Counted from the stretch's first letter, positions 48,783 to 59,142 are shown. The stretch is 64,000 bases of DNA from Alphaproteobacteria bacterium (GCA_050175015.1 JBFXJJ010000002.1:193995-257994), one strand, 5' to 3'. The notes: generated from the letters alone by a model not told the origin. Program-made: numbers and translations.

Positions 48783-50009
48783 ATGAAATCAGATACTTTA
48801 AGCGGCAAGGTTTTAGTTGCCCAAGGCGGCGGTCCAACCGTTGTTATTAATCAATCTATGGTCGGTACCGTATTAGAATCGAGAAAGTTCAGTAATGTCG
48901 AATTCGTTTATGGAGCAATAAACGGGGTTAGAGGTATCATAAATGAAGATTTTGTAAATTTATCTCGTGAAACAACCCACAACCTTGAAATGGTTGCTGG
49001 AACTCCCTCTTCTGCCTTAGGTACGACTAGAGACAAGCCTGATTTAAAATACTGTCAGGAAATATTAAAAGTTTTGCAAGCTCACGATATTAAATATTTT
49101 TTCTATATCGGCGGCAACGACTCTTCTGATACGTGCCGTATTGTTGCCAATGAGGCTGTTAAAGCCGGCTATCCTTTACGCTGTATCCATATTCCGAAAA
49201 CGATTGATAACGATTTGCTTTGTAACGATCACTGCCCAGGTTTTCCCTCAGCTGCTCGTTTTGTTGCTCAATCTTTTATCGGTATGAATCGTGACAGCTG
49301 GGCTCTCGGTGGAACGGTTCTCTCTGTGGTTATGGGAAGACATGCAGGCTTTCTAACGGCAGCATCAACTATCGGTAAGACCTTCCCCGATGACGGCCCT
49401 CACCTAATATATATTCCAGAAAGAACTTTTAATATTGATAAGTTTTTAGGTGATGTCAAAAGAATGCACGATAAACACGGCAGGTGTGTTATCGCTGTGA
49501 GCGAAGGAATTCACGATGAGAGTGGAACCCCTATCGCCACCAAGCTGGCAAAGAATGTTGAGAAAGATCAGCACGGTAATGTCCAACTCTCGGGAACGGG
49601 CGCTTTAGGCGATTTATTAGCTGAAGAAATTCGTGATAAAATCGGCATTAAACGTGTTAGAGCAGATACTCTTGGCTATTTGCAGCGCTCATTTATCGGC
49701 TGCGTCTCTGACGTTGACCAAAGAGAAGCTAGAGAAGTTGGCGAAAAAGCAGTTCAATTTGCAATGTGGGAAAACAAAAACGGCTCTGTTGCTATCGAAA
49801 GAACAGGATTTTATTCTGTTGATTATCACCTGCGTCCTTTGGAAGATATTGCAGGCAAAACCAGACTTATGCCTGATGAATTTATCACTCCTGAAGGAAC
49901 CGATGTTACTGATGCTTTCAGAATGTATCTCAGACCTTTATTGGGAAGCGGTATGCCTTCAGCTTATCGTTTAAGAGATACCAAGGTTAATAAAATTCTG
50001 AATCCTTAA
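48783..50009 (+). CDS. pfp: Pyrophosphate-dependent phosphofructokinase
   Basis: AQGGGPT, IGGNDS (Asp at specificity position), PKTIDNDL, VMGRHAG. Confidence 0.88.
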   Translation: MKSDTLSGKVLVAQGGGPTVVINQSMVGTVLESRKFSNVEFVYGAINGVRGIINEDFVNLSRETTHNLEMVAGTPSSALGTTRDKPDLKYCQEILKVLQAHDIKYFFYIGGNDSSDTCRIVANEAVKAGYPLRCIHIPKTIDNDLLCNDHCPGFPSAARFVAQSFIGMNRDSWALGGTVLSVVMGRHAGFLTAASTIGKTFPDDGPHLIYIPERTFNIDKFLGDVKRMHDKHGRCVIAVSEGIHDESGTPIATKLAKNVEKDQHGNVQLSGTGALGDLLAEEIRDKIGIKRVRADTLGYLQRSFIGCVSDVDQREAREVGEKAVQFAMWENKNGSVAIERTGFYSVDYHLRPLEDIAGKTRLMPDEFITPEGTDVTDAFRMYLRPLLGSGMPSAYRLRDTKVNKILNP

Positions 50010-50036
50010 AGATTAACAGTCCCAACAATATGATGC

Positions 50037-50077
50037 AAAAAAAGCCTCGTCTAAAAAATCTTTAGATGAGGTTTTTT
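50037..50077. terminator. Bidirectional terminator
   Basis: aaaaaagcctcgtctaaa...tttagatgaggtttttt. Confidence 0.75.
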
Positions 50078-50141
50078 ATATAGGCTAAAGTTCTATGTTA
50101 TCGGTAAAATATTATAGCTTTAAATTGTCACCTGTTTTGCT

Positions 50142-51317
50142 TTATGATTTTAAGGTTTTAGAATAAAGCCATATCAAAATCGGAGCAGGAGCAATCGTTA
50201 TCAGTAAAGCAATTCTTGGGCTGCTTAGATCTGCGACATATCCCAGCATCATTGATACAATCCCAAACATAATGTTACCAACAAATGATATTAAAGACCC
50301 CATCGTTGCCCGTTGAGTGTCCGAAAATTCATTTTGCATCAACTGCATCTTAGAGGTTGAAGTAGCTCCGTAAAAAAGATTGTTTGTTGCGAAAAGAAAC
50401 GGGGAAAGAGCTGAATTACAAGCGATGGCAATCAATCCAAAAAATTCCATTAAGATATTACCGCCGATTAACACTTTGCCGTGTCCAAGTTTGTTTATTA
50501 TGGCTCCAGCAAACCAAAAACTTAACGCTCCCCCTAACTGCTTTAAAGTTCTAGCTATTCCAATAACCCAAGTAGGAACCAAAGTATTGAAGAAGACAAT
50601 TTGGAAACTATGCGAGGCATCGCCAAAACTATAACTCAAAATGCTTGCAATCGATATAAACCGAAGTTTTTTGTTTTTCAAAAAAAGATTAAAAGCTTCT
50701 TTTAAGTGCTTAAAAACGTTTTCTTGATTATTGGTGCGTTTTTTTGGTTCAACAAAAGACAAAGCCGTAAACAAGCAGATTATCTGCGGAATAAGAGACA
50801 ACCAAACCACAAAAAGATATGAAGTTAAGTAAGCTATTCCTGCACCGCAAAGAGCTGAGACCGCAAGCGATATTTGAAAAATTGATGACGTTTTGCCGTA
50901 AACTTCGTGATATTTATTCTTTTTTCTTAAATCAACTAGGGTTTCATACAACAGAGCCTCACCCGTACCGCTATAAAAACTTTGAGCCACACCTTGCAAT
51001 ACCCCGCCCAAAGCCAGCAGCCAATATGATTGATAAACCCCACCTAAACCATAACTAATAAAACCAAAAATATCAAAAATGGTGCTTGCAACTATCGTCA
51101 GCTTGCGCCCCATCTTGTCCGAGAGGATACCTGTTGGAACTTCAAAGATTGATACCGCAAACAACCCAATGGTAAAAATACTCATTGCAAGCGTATATGA
51201 TTTGGTAATTTCAGCAAAAAATAACAGCTCAATAATTCCAAAAAAACGGAGTTCGGTAAAAAAGTTAAAAATTGGAATTAGAGTTATATTGCGTCTTATT
51301 TTTAAATTAGTTTTCAT
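50142..51317 (-). CDS. MFS transporter
   Basis: FEVPTGILSDKMGRK (MFS motif A), SGTGEALLYE, about 12 TM, QRATMGS. Confidence 0.9.
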   Translation of the reverse strand: MKTNLKIRRNITLIPIFNFFTELRFFGIIELLFFAEITKSYTLAMSIFTIGLFAVSIFEVPTGILSDKMGRKLTIVASTIFDIFGFISYGLGGVYQSYWLLALGGVLQGVAQSFYSGTGEALLYETLVDLRKKNKYHEVYGKTSSIFQISLAVSALCGAGIAYLTSYLFVVWLSLIPQIICLFTALSFVEPKKRTNNQENVFKHLKEAFNLFLKNKKLRFISIASILSYSFGDASHSFQIVFFNTLVPTWVIGIARTLKQLGGALSFWFAGAIINKLGHGKVLIGGNILMEFFGLIAIACNSALSPFLFATNNLFYGATSTSKMQLMQNEFSDTQRATMGSLISFVGNIMFGIVSMMLGYVADLSSPRIALLITIAPAPILIWLYSKTLKS

Positions 51318-51335
51318 TATTTACACCAAAAAAGC

Positions 51336-51372
51336 AAAAAGACTTAAGAGCAATATCTTAAGTCTTTTTTTT
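51336..51372 (-). terminator. Terminator after tRNA-Gln
   Basis: aaaaagacttaaga...tcttaagtcttttt. Confidence 0.75.
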
Positions 51373-51378
51373 ATAATC

Positions 51379-51454
51379 TGGCTGGGGCGGGAGGATTCGA
51401 ACCTCCGGAATGGCGGTACCAAAAACCGCTGCCTTACCACTTGGCTACGCCCCA
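51379..51454 (-). tRNA. tRNA-Gln (TTG)
   Basis: TGGGGCGTAGCCAAGTGGTAAGGC...TT-TTG-GT...GTTCGAATCC...CCCCAGCCA. Confidence 0.96.
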
Positions 51455-51540
51455 AGATTTTTTTACATCAATCTTAATAGCAAATATTTATAACTTTAAC
51501 AACAAATTAGCAATCAAAGTTTTAAATTTTTTTTATTTTT

Positions 51541-52443
51541 TTAATTCGAGATTGAAATTTCTTTAACCCACCAGCCATTAAAAGCCTTACTTATCCTTTG
51601 CTTGGCAGCTTTTGCCTCCTTTTTAGTCCGATAAAGACCAAAACAGGTTGCCCCACTTCCTGACATACGAGATAGGACACAGCCTTCGGTATTTTTTAGC
51701 GAATCAAGAACTTTTTCTATTTCTGGGCAGACTTCTATCGCGGCAAGTTCCAAATCATTTTTTCTTTGATTTAACCCTATAAAAAAATCTTTTTTAGTAA
51801 TTTTCTTATCATCAAAAGGCATAGCTTTAGAAAAATTTGGTTGATATTTTTTAAAAACACTAGGAGTTGAAACTGCTATTAATGGATTGATTAAAACACC
51901 ATAAATTCTAGCAGGCATATTATAATAAGGTTTAACAATATCTCCAATTCCAGAAACCTGCGAAGCATATCCTTCCAAACAAGGAAAAACATCAGCCCCA
52001 AGTTTTACCGCTATATCTTTTAAAGTTTTTTCACTCAAACTAAGATGCCAAAACTGGCACAAAGCTTTAATTGTTGCCGCCGCATCTGCGGACCCCCCGC
52101 CTATTCCTGATGCAACTGGCAGGTTTTTAAAAAGTGTTATCTCAACACTTTCTCTATTAACCGCATCTTCAGGAAGATACCGTCTAACTTCTTCAAAGGC
52201 TTTAATAACAATATTATGAGAACAGTCGGCTAGATCTTTAGCAAATTTTCCTCTTACTTTAAAAACAAAATTATCCGAGGAACACACAACAATCTTATCA
52301 CCACAATCAGCAAAAGCAAAAAGGCTGTCTAATAAATGATAACCATTTTCCTTTTTTCCTGTAACGTGCAGGTAAAGATTGATTTTTGCTGAAGCGTCAA
52401 ATGCTATTAAATTTTTATTCTGGCTTTGATAACATTTTTTCAT
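51541..52443 (-). CDS. ispE: 4-diphosphocytidyl-2-C-methyl-D-erythritol kinase
   Basis: AKINLYLHV, GYHLLDS, KNLPVASGIGGGSADAA, LGADV, RMSGSGATCF. Confidence 0.95.
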   Translation of the reverse strand: MKKCYQSQNKNLIAFDASAKINLYLHVTGKKENGYHLLDSLFAFADCGDKIVVCSSDNFVFKVRGKFAKDLADCSHNIVIKAFEEVRRYLPEDAVNRESVEITLFKNLPVASGIGGGSADAAATIKALCQFWHLSLSEKTLKDIAVKLGADVFPCLEGYASQVSGIGDIVKPYYNMPARIYGVLINPLIAVSTPSVFKKYQPNFSKAMPFDDKKITKKDFFIGLNQRKNDLELAAIEVCPEIEKVLDSLKNTEGCVLSRMSGSGATCFGLYRTKKEAKAAKQRISKAFNGWWVKEISISN

Positions 52444-54253
52444 TATTAGTCAAATTATCTTTGTTTTCTATAATTTCAGATTTTTCAGAACTATGCTCAA
52501 ATTGTGAAATAAAATCTTCTTCATCATAAGTTAGTTCTGGGAGCCCATCTATTATTTTAACTTTTATCTTTTCTAAATCACCTTTAGTAATATCGTTGTT
52601 AAGGGTTAAAGCCCTTTCCCATTGATATTTTGCTTCTTTCTTGCGATTTCCTCTCCAATATGCGTCTCCTAAGTGATCAATAATCACGGAATTGCTTGGT
52701 TCTAAAGAAGCCGCTGTTTCCAAATAGTCGATTGCTTGACTATAATCGCCAATGAGACAGAAAGCCCAGCCTAAGCTATCAGCAATAAAGCCGTCTCGTG
52801 GACGCTGCATATAAGAAACTTTGAGCATTTCTAAAGCTTGAGGAACTTTTTCTCTGCGCTCTAGCCAAGAATATGCCAGATAATTTAGAACATACGGTTG
52901 ATTAGGCTCAACTTCAAGAGCTTTAACTAGATCTCTTTCAGCCTTCTTCCATTGATTAGAACGCTCATAACATATTGCTCTGGCATAATATAATGACCAG
53001 TATTTAGCTTCAGGCTCTTTCTTGGATTTAAATATAGCCAAAGCTTTAGTGTATGGCTCTATGGCTTCACGATACCGCTCTTTTCCCCGCAGAAGATCTC
53101 CCATTTCAATATTGACATCGGCATTTTCAGGATCCTGCTGTTCTAACATTCTTAAAATAGAAATAGCTTCACTTACTTTTTCCATCTTATTAAGATTAGA
53201 GGCTATATTAATCTGTGCCGAAAACCACGCCGCAGATGACTTTGGAATCGTGTCATATACTGCATTTGCCTGTTCATAAAGTTCACCGAGTTCCAAGATA
53301 TTACCAAGCATTATTTTGGCAATAACGAACTGATCATCAAGGTGCATAGCAAGTCTAATGAAAAACATCGAATGCTCTAAACCAACACCTTGAGTTAAAA
53401 GAGCTGCTACCCCAAACAAGACTTCGGCAGTTCCTGTTTTAGCATCATAAATAGGTCTGTCATAGGGTTCCCCGCTTTTAATATGCTCAATAATTTTTTC
53501 AAGCATAAAAGAATCAGGATAATTATGACTGTATTTTTGTAGAATCTCCTCAGCTTTTGCAATATTATGAGTCCGCAGCATAAAGCAGATAATTACATCA
53601 AGAGCCCTAAAAGAAGATCCCCCTGGACCATTAAGAGTAATTTCATAGTGTTCTTTGGCAACATCATCTCGCCCTAAAATATCATTCATAATACCCATAT
53701 GAAAATGATAAACCGAATTATAATCATAATCGTCTTTCAGGGTTCCCAAGGTTTTAAACGCTTCATCAACTTTATTTTGTGCGAACTGCAACCAAGATTT
53801 AACTAAAGGAACTAAAAATTTATTATACCCTTTTTTATCAATTTTAGAAATCAGTTCCTCAGCTTTTACATAATCACCATCAGCAATATTTTTTACAACC
53901 GCAACAATGCAGGCAGAACTAGTATAGGGTTCTTCGCCCATTGCTTTTAAAGCATACGGATACGCATCATCTATGCGTCCTGCATAGACTAAAAGCATAT
54001 AGATATTATTTAAAATAACCTGATTATTTGAATCTTGCTCAAATGTTTTGATAAAGTAGTCAGCAGCAGAACTATAATCAAGATTCTTTCTAGCATATCT
54101 TGCAGCCAAATAAGCGCCTACTCCGCTTTCTTCAGCAGCTACTCCAAGAAAATTGCTGTCAAAATCATTTGTCGGAGCCTTGCTCGGGGAAAGCATCGAG
54201 GCACAGCCTGACAAATTTAAAAACATTAAAACAAATAAGAAACGTTTAAGCAT
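52415..54253 (-). CDS. TPR-repeat lipoprotein
   Basis: Lipobox LSGC, GAYLAAR, VLNYLAYSW, IADSLGW, DHLGDAYW; conserved position next to ispE. Confidence 0.88.
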   Translation of the reverse strand: MLKRFLFVLMFLNLSGCASMLSPSKAPTNDFDSNFLGVAAEESGVGAYLAARYARKNLDYSSAADYFIKTFEQDSNNQVILNNIYMLLVYAGRIDDAYPYALKAMGEEPYTSSACIVAVVKNIADGDYVKAEELISKIDKKGYNKFLVPLVKSWLQFAQNKVDEAFKTLGTLKDDYDYNSVYHFHMGIMNDILGRDDVAKEHYEITLNGPGGSSFRALDVIICFMLRTHNIAKAEEILQKYSHNYPDSFMLEKIIEHIKSGEPYDRPIYDAKTGTAEVLFGVAALLTQGVGLEHSMFFIRLAMHLDDQFVIAKIMLGNILELGELYEQANAVYDTIPKSSAAWFSAQINIASNLNKMEKVSEAISILRMLEQQDPENADVNIEMGDLLRGKERYREAIEPYTKALAIFKSKKEPEAKYWSLYYARAICYERSNQWKKAERDLVKALEVEPNQPYVLNYLAYSWLERREKVPQALEMLKVSYMQRPRDGFIADSLGWAFCLIGDYSQAIDYLETAASLEPSNSVIIDHLGDAYWRGNRKKEAKYQWERALTLNNDITKGDLEKIKVKIIDGLPELTYDEEDFISQFEHSSEKSEIIENKDNLTNNEKMLSKPE

Positions 54254-54352
54254 AAATCTATTTTAAAAAACCTTATATAAAACTGCCGTTAATAATATAT
54301 ACCTTATTTAACATCAAAAAGCTTAAGAAAAATTTTACATAATTAGAACATT

Positions 54353-55942
54353 TCATAATTTTTTATAATTTGTGCCATTTCCTTCAAAAGGAGGACTCCA
54401 TTTTATGATTTGCTTAGGGTCTTTTATTTCACATAACTTGCAGTTAATGCACTTTTTAAAATCTATTTTTAACGAGATATTTTTATCTTCTTCAATTTTT
54501 TCATAAACCAGTGATGGGCAATACCTTGTTTCTATAGCATCATATCTGCCTAAATTTTCTTTAAACGACTCTTCACTTCCCATTAAATGGCTCTCTGCCT
54601 GATTTTCATACTTTACGTTAGTTAGAAACATTGAAGAATTTCTATCAAACATTATAATTCCATCATCTTGTAAATAATCTACTTTAGGAGATTTTTTAGC
54701 CCGTCTCAAAGTGTTGCAATCCTTGTTTTTTTTACAATCAAACTCGTAACGCCCTTGGATAAAATGGTAATCAAGCAAAGCAAAAATACCGCCGAATAAA
54801 AGACCATATTTAAAGCCATCATAATAATTTCTAAAACGGTAAAGCTTTGTTATAAATTCATACCCACCAAGATTTGAGTCAAAATCACATTCCAGAATCG
54901 AGGGCTCTTTACTTGCAAACCAGCTGAAAACACTATCAGCAGCAGCAATAGCAGATGCCATAGCATTAGAAACACCATCTTCTTGTGATATATCAGAAAA
55001 ACCTGCGCTATCGCCAATAATAACCCCGCCGGCAAAAGATGTTTTAGGTATACTTTTGTATCCTCCGCAAGCAAAGCATTTAGCTCCAAATGTGAGTCTT
55101 TGACCATTTTCTAGCAAACTTCTAATATGAGCGTTGTTTTTAAACTCTTGAAACTCCAAAAACGGATCTAAATAGGGATTTTTATAATTTAATGGCAATG
55201 AAAAATTAAGAGCAACCTGATTTTTTCCAATATGCGTAATAGAACCTGCGGCATAATGTGAAGCGTCTTTAGTTTTTGCAAAAAAATCAATATTCAGCCC
55301 CTTATCAAAAGATTGACTATCAATCTGCCATATTTCTTTAAAAGCTATACTATAACTTTGGTTCCGGATTCTAAGATTAAATGCGTCTATGATTTTCTCA
55401 CTAATATACCCTAAAGCACCCTCAGCAAGCATAAACTGTTTTGCTTCAAAGACTCTCTTCTCCGTTCTAATCTGACTCAAAGCACCATCTTGACTGCAAT
55501 AAAAATCAATAGCTGCTTCTTTTAAAAAAATCTCTACACCAAGTTCTTCTGCTTCCAAGGCTAGCCATTCACAAAGTTCTCCAGAACTAACAATATACAT
55601 ACCAAGATGACTAAACTCCTTGGGCTTAGGAAAAGGAACAACAATATTATTAAATATGAAAATGTTTTTATCTTTCAGCACCTTATCTTTCAAAGGAGCT
55701 TTTCTTGCCTGCCAATCAGGAAAAATTTCAGATAAAACTTCTTCTTTTATAATTCCTCTGCCCATAATATGAGCGCCAATAGCCGCCGATTTTTCAATAA
55801 CAGCTATTGATAAGCTTTCATCATTTTTCAACGCTTGCTGTTTAAGCCTTATTGCTGCGGCAAGCCCTGAAACACCTGCTCCAACAATTACAACATCAAA
55901 ATTTTTATTTGCTTGTTCCATAAAAAACCTAAATAACTTCAA
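54353..55942 (-). CDS. Electron transfer flavoprotein-quinone oxidoreductase (divergent)
   Basis: DVVIVGAGVSGLAAA FAD motif, GAHI, KEIW, C-terminal RYCP...CINCKLCEIKDP...W.PP.EG.G 4Fe-4S motif; synteny. Confidence 0.85.
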   Translation of the reverse strand: MKLFRFFMEQANKNFDVVIVGAGVSGLAAAIRLKQQALKNDESLSIAVIEKSAAIGAHIMGRGIIKEEVLSEIFPDWQARKAPLKDKVLKDKNIFIFNNIVVPFPKPKEFSHLGMYIVSSGELCEWLALEAEELGVEIFLKEAAIDFYCSQDGALSQIRTEKRVFEAKQFMLAEGALGYISEKIIDAFNLRIRNQSYSIAFKEIWQIDSQSFDKGLNIDFFAKTKDASHYAAGSITHIGKNQVALNFSLPLNYKNPYLDPFLEFQEFKNNAHIRSLLENGQRLTFGAKCFACGGYKSIPKTSFAGGVIIGDSAGFSDISQEDGVSNAMASAIAAADSVFSWFASKEPSILECDFDSNLGGYEFITKLYRFRNYYDGFKYGLLFGGIFALLDYHFIQGRYEFDCKKNKDCNTLRRAKKSPKVDYLQDDGIIMFDRNSSMFLTNVKYENQAESHLMGSEESFKENLGRYDAIETRYCPSLVYEKIEEDKNISLKIDFKKCINCKLCEIKDPKQIIKWSPPFEGNGTNYKKL

Positions 55943-55989
55943 AAATTAGTGTTTAACTTTTCTATCTTAGATATTACATTAAAATTATT

Positions 55990-56811
55990 ATGAATTATAA
56001 TTTTTCTACAACAGAACTATTAAAATGGTATCAAGATGCCGGCGTTGATGAAACTATCAGCGACGAAGCCGCATCTAAATTTGCTGCCCTAGATATACCA
56101 GAAACAGCCAAAGAAAACCAGATTTTAACTCCTGTTATCGAGAAAAAAGTTATCCTGCCTAAAACTGAAACTTTTGCAGCAACAACCGAAAGCGCTATAA
56201 AAACAGCAACGGAATTAGCAAACTCTGCAAACAACCTTTCCGAACTTGAAACCGCCTTAAAAAACTTTAACGGCTGCGGCCTGAAGTTAACAGCATCTAA
56301 TACTGTTTTTGGCGGTGGCAACCCTAAAAGCCAGATTATGCTTATTGGTGAAGCTCCAGGCAAAGAAGAAGACAGGACAGGAATACCTTTCGTTGGCCAA
56401 AGCGGGAGATTACTTGATAAAATGCTCGCATCTATAGGATTAGATCGAGATAAATGCTACATATCAAACGTTATTCCTTGGCGCCCACCAGGCAATAGAA
56501 CCCCTACTCATATCGAAGTCGGCTTATGTCTGCCCTTTATTCAGCGCCATATTGAGCTTATCAGTCCTAAAATAATCGTTTTATTGGGAGGAAGTTCAGC
56601 GTCGGCTCTTTTGGCTAAAAATGAATCCGTCTCTAATCTGCGCAACAAATGGCACGAATATGAGACGCCTTCACTTAAAAGCCCAATTGCAACTTTAGTT
56701 ACATTCCACCCTGCATATCTGCTAAGGTCTCCTCTTGAAAAGCGAAAATCTTGGCAAGATTTAGTAAATATTGCAAAAAAAATTGAAGAACTAAACAATT
56801 CTAATATATAA
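55990..56811 (+). CDS. Uracil-DNA glycosylase family 4
   Basis: IGEAPG.EED..G.PFVG.SG.LLD, PWRPPGNRTP, TFHPAYLLR. Confidence 0.93.
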   Translation: MNYNFSTTELLKWYQDAGVDETISDEAASKFAALDIPETAKENQILTPVIEKKVILPKTETFAATTESAIKTATELANSANNLSELETALKNFNGCGLKLTASNTVFGGGNPKSQIMLIGEAPGKEEDRTGIPFVGQSGRLLDKMLASIGLDRDKCYISNVIPWRPPGNRTPTHIEVGLCLPFIQRHIELISPKIIVLLGGSSASALLAKNESVSNLRNKWHEYETPSLKSPIATLVTFHPAYLLRSPLEKRKSWQDLVNIAKKIEELNNSNI

Positions 56812-56852
56812 TGGCTAACAAAATAAATACATTTTACGTAAGGTGATTTTTT

Positions 56853-57536
56853 ATGAAAAAAATATTCTTAGTAGCTATAGCTTTGGCTCTTTTTACAACC
56901 AATCAAACTTCAGCTCAAAGTTATGGCGGACTTAAGTTTAATAATGCTGGGGGTTCAGTTACCCCAAACAAAGAAACCGGAGACTCTGTTTCGGGTAAAA
57001 ATAAAGCAGCTGATGACAATAATATCACCGTAAGTTATTCAGGATTTGATTTAAAGAAATCTATGACAGGCAGAGTAAGCTGTGGCGTAACATTCTCAGT
57101 CGAAAACAACACCCCTTATCGTTTAGTAAAATTCGCCGCAGATTTAGACTGGACAGGAATTTATACTTCCATTGATTTCTCATCTATAGAACCAAACACC
57201 GCAGGTTACGTAAGATATCGCCTTTTAGGTGAAGGCTGCTATACAATGGTTACCGCACCAGAAATAACTGTTTTAAGATGCCGCTTAACAACTATTATGA
57301 ACGCTCTTAAAGATATGTCTTTTGATGATGAAGACACTGAAAAGCCTATTTCAGATAAGAAAGAAACTGAAAAAAAAGAAAAGGCCCCTTTAAAATTTAA
57401 TGAGAAACCAGCAACAGCCAAGACAGAAAGCACAAAGACTGAAAATACTAAGGCAGAAAGCACCAAAGCTGAGCCTCAAATTTTCACCCAAGAAGAATGC
57501 GCGGCTCTAGTAAAATGGCGTGCGCCTAAACAGTAA
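56853..57536 (+). CDS. Secreted hypothetical protein with 4 Cys and a charged repeat insert
   Basis: Signal peptide MKKIFLVAIALALFTTNQTSA; AAGGTG RBS. Confidence 0.72.
   Translation: MKKIFLVAIALALFTTNQTSAQSYGGLKFNNAGGSVTPNKETGDSVSGKNKAADDNNITVSYSGFDLKKSMTGRVSCGVTFSVENNTPYRLVKFAADLDWTGIYTSIDFSSIEPNTAGYVRYRLLGEGCYTMVTAPEITVLRCRLTTIMNALKDMSFDDEDTEKPISDKKETEKKEKAPLKFNEKPATAKTESTKTENTKAESTKAEPQIFTQEECAALVKWRAPKQ
57420..57473 (+). repeat. Degenerate 15-bp tandem repeat (K-T/A-E-S/N-T x3.6)
   Basis: aagacagaaagcaca / aagactgaaaatact / aaggcagaaagcacc / aaagctgag. Confidence 0.7.
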
Positions 57537-57668
57537 ATTAAACCAAACTAAAAGCAAGGCTTTCTAAGTTAACCATAATACTTCTTGCCCTACGGCAAGT
57601 CCTTAGAGCTTGAAGAATCAATAAGGATTTTAAAAAAACTTCTTATTGTTAAGATGTAATATTTCTGA

Positions 57669-58373
57669 TTATTTTTTTAAGAACGTACCAATAGCTGCGG
57701 TAACAGCTAGAGGCTTTTCAATCGGGGACAAATGCCCGCAATCTTCAATCATTATAAATTCCGATTTTTTGATTCCAAGATGTATTTCCTGCATTATTTC
57801 TGGAGTGCTAGCTTTATCCTGCTTTCCGCCCAAAACAAGAGTAGGACATTTAATGGCGTCTAAGAACGGGCGGCTGTCTATTCTTGTCATTATTGCCTTC
57901 TGTTGATGAATAAAACCTTCCTGCCCAACTTCTTGAGCCATTAAAAGAAGATTTTCAATAAGTTCTTCGTTCTCAAAACTTGCCACCTGCAAGAGTTTAG
58001 GAAACATATTAGAGACGACCTCAAGAAAATAACCTTTTTCGGAAGTTGCAATCGCATCAATTCTTTTTTCGACCTGATCATTGGTATCAGCCCTTGCCGA
58101 AGTGTCCATTAAAATAAGCTTTTTGACACGCTCAGGGGCTTGACGCATTATTTCTAAAGCAATGTAGCCTCCCATAGAAATACCTCCAAGATAGAACTCT
58201 TGCGGAGCCTTATCTAAAATATTTCCTGCCAACGAAGCCATTGTCGAAGAACTGCAATTATCGGCGATTATAACATCGTAATCACTTGATAGAACCTTAA
58301 CCTGTTCCTCAAACAAACGATAGTTGCAAAAAAGAGCTGGGACTAGAACTAATGACGATTTAAACATAAGCAA
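57669..58373 (-). CDS. Alpha/beta fold hydrolase
   Basis: GGISMGG nucleophile elbow, GKQD, CGHLSPIE. Confidence 0.88.
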   Translation of the reverse strand: MLMFKSSLVLVPALFCNYRLFEEQVKVLSSDYDVIIADNCSSSTMASLAGNILDKAPQEFYLGGISMGGYIALEIMRQAPERVKKLILMDTSARADTNDQVEKRIDAIATSEKGYFLEVVSNMFPKLLQVASFENEELIENLLLMAQEVGQEGFIHQQKAIMTRIDSRPFLDAIKCPTLVLGGKQDKASTPEIMQEIHLGIKKSEFIMIEDCGHLSPIEKPLAVTAAIGTFLKK

Positions 58374-58376
58374 GCA

Positions 58377-58994
58377 TTACCTTCCTACTAAACCTTTAGA
58401 AATCTGTTTAAACTCTTCTGTTCCAGCTTTTTCAAGCCATTCAAACAAAACCATTTCTATAGAGACAATCTCAATTCCAGCCCTTCTCATACGGTTAATA
58501 GCTAAAGCATAATCTTCTTCCTTACGAGAAGAACAGGCTTCTGCCACCACAAAAACTTCATATCCCAGTTTTTTCAAGTCAAAAGCAGTCTGAAGAACAC
58601 AAACATGAGCCTCTATTCCCGCTAAAACAACTTGTCTTTTTTTCAAACTTTTTATTTGCGCAATAACAGCTTCATCTTTAGCGCAGGAAAAATCAATTTT
58701 TTCAAAAGGACTCCCCTCGGGCATAACATCTCTAACATCTACAATAGAAGGTCCTAATCCTCTAGGATATTGTTCTGTAACAATAGCAGGAACTTCCAAA
58801 TATTGAGCAGCCTTAAGAATCATTGTGGCTCCATTTATGACTTTTCTAGGATCCTTCATAACAGGAGCGAGTCTTTCTTGAATATCAATTATTAGTACAA
58901 AAGAATCTCGTTTTTTTAGCAACATTGGAAAAACAACCCTTAAATAAAAATTATATGTATTTTGCTGTTCTTTAGCTAATATACCATTAAGCAA
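58377..58994 (-). CDS. Isochorismatase family hydrolase
   Basis: IIDIQERL, TEQYPRGLG, EKIDFSC, AGIEAHVCVLQT; real start probably ATG near 58925. Confidence 0.9.
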   Translation of the reverse strand: MLNGILAKEQQNTYNFYLRVVFPMLLKKRDSFVLIIDIQERLAPVMKDPRKVINGATMILKAAQYLEVPAIVTEQYPRGLGPSIVDVRDVMPEGSPFEKIDFSCAKDEAVIAQIKSLKKRQVVLAGIEAHVCVLQTAFDLKKLGYEVFVVAEACSSRKEEDYALAINRMRRAGIEIVSIEMVLFEWLEKAGTEEFKQISKGLVGR

Positions 58995-59142
58995 TTAATA
59001 AGTCTAAATTCTTTAAACCAAATCTCTAAAAAAATCTTTGAAAATAATTGTTTTCAAAGAAACCTTATTATATCTTATCAAGGACAAACAATATTTCAAA
59101 AAATATACCATAATCATAAACAAATTAAGGTTAATTATTATA

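Noticed and set aside
50142-51454. MFS gene 3' of tRNA-Gln as a possible integrated element
   Set aside because: No integrase and no duplicated tRNA 3' end seen
57556-57612. Nested hairpin (cttgcc-ctac-ggcaag) between convergent genes
   Set aside because: Short stems, most simply a weak terminator; no evidence for an ncRNA
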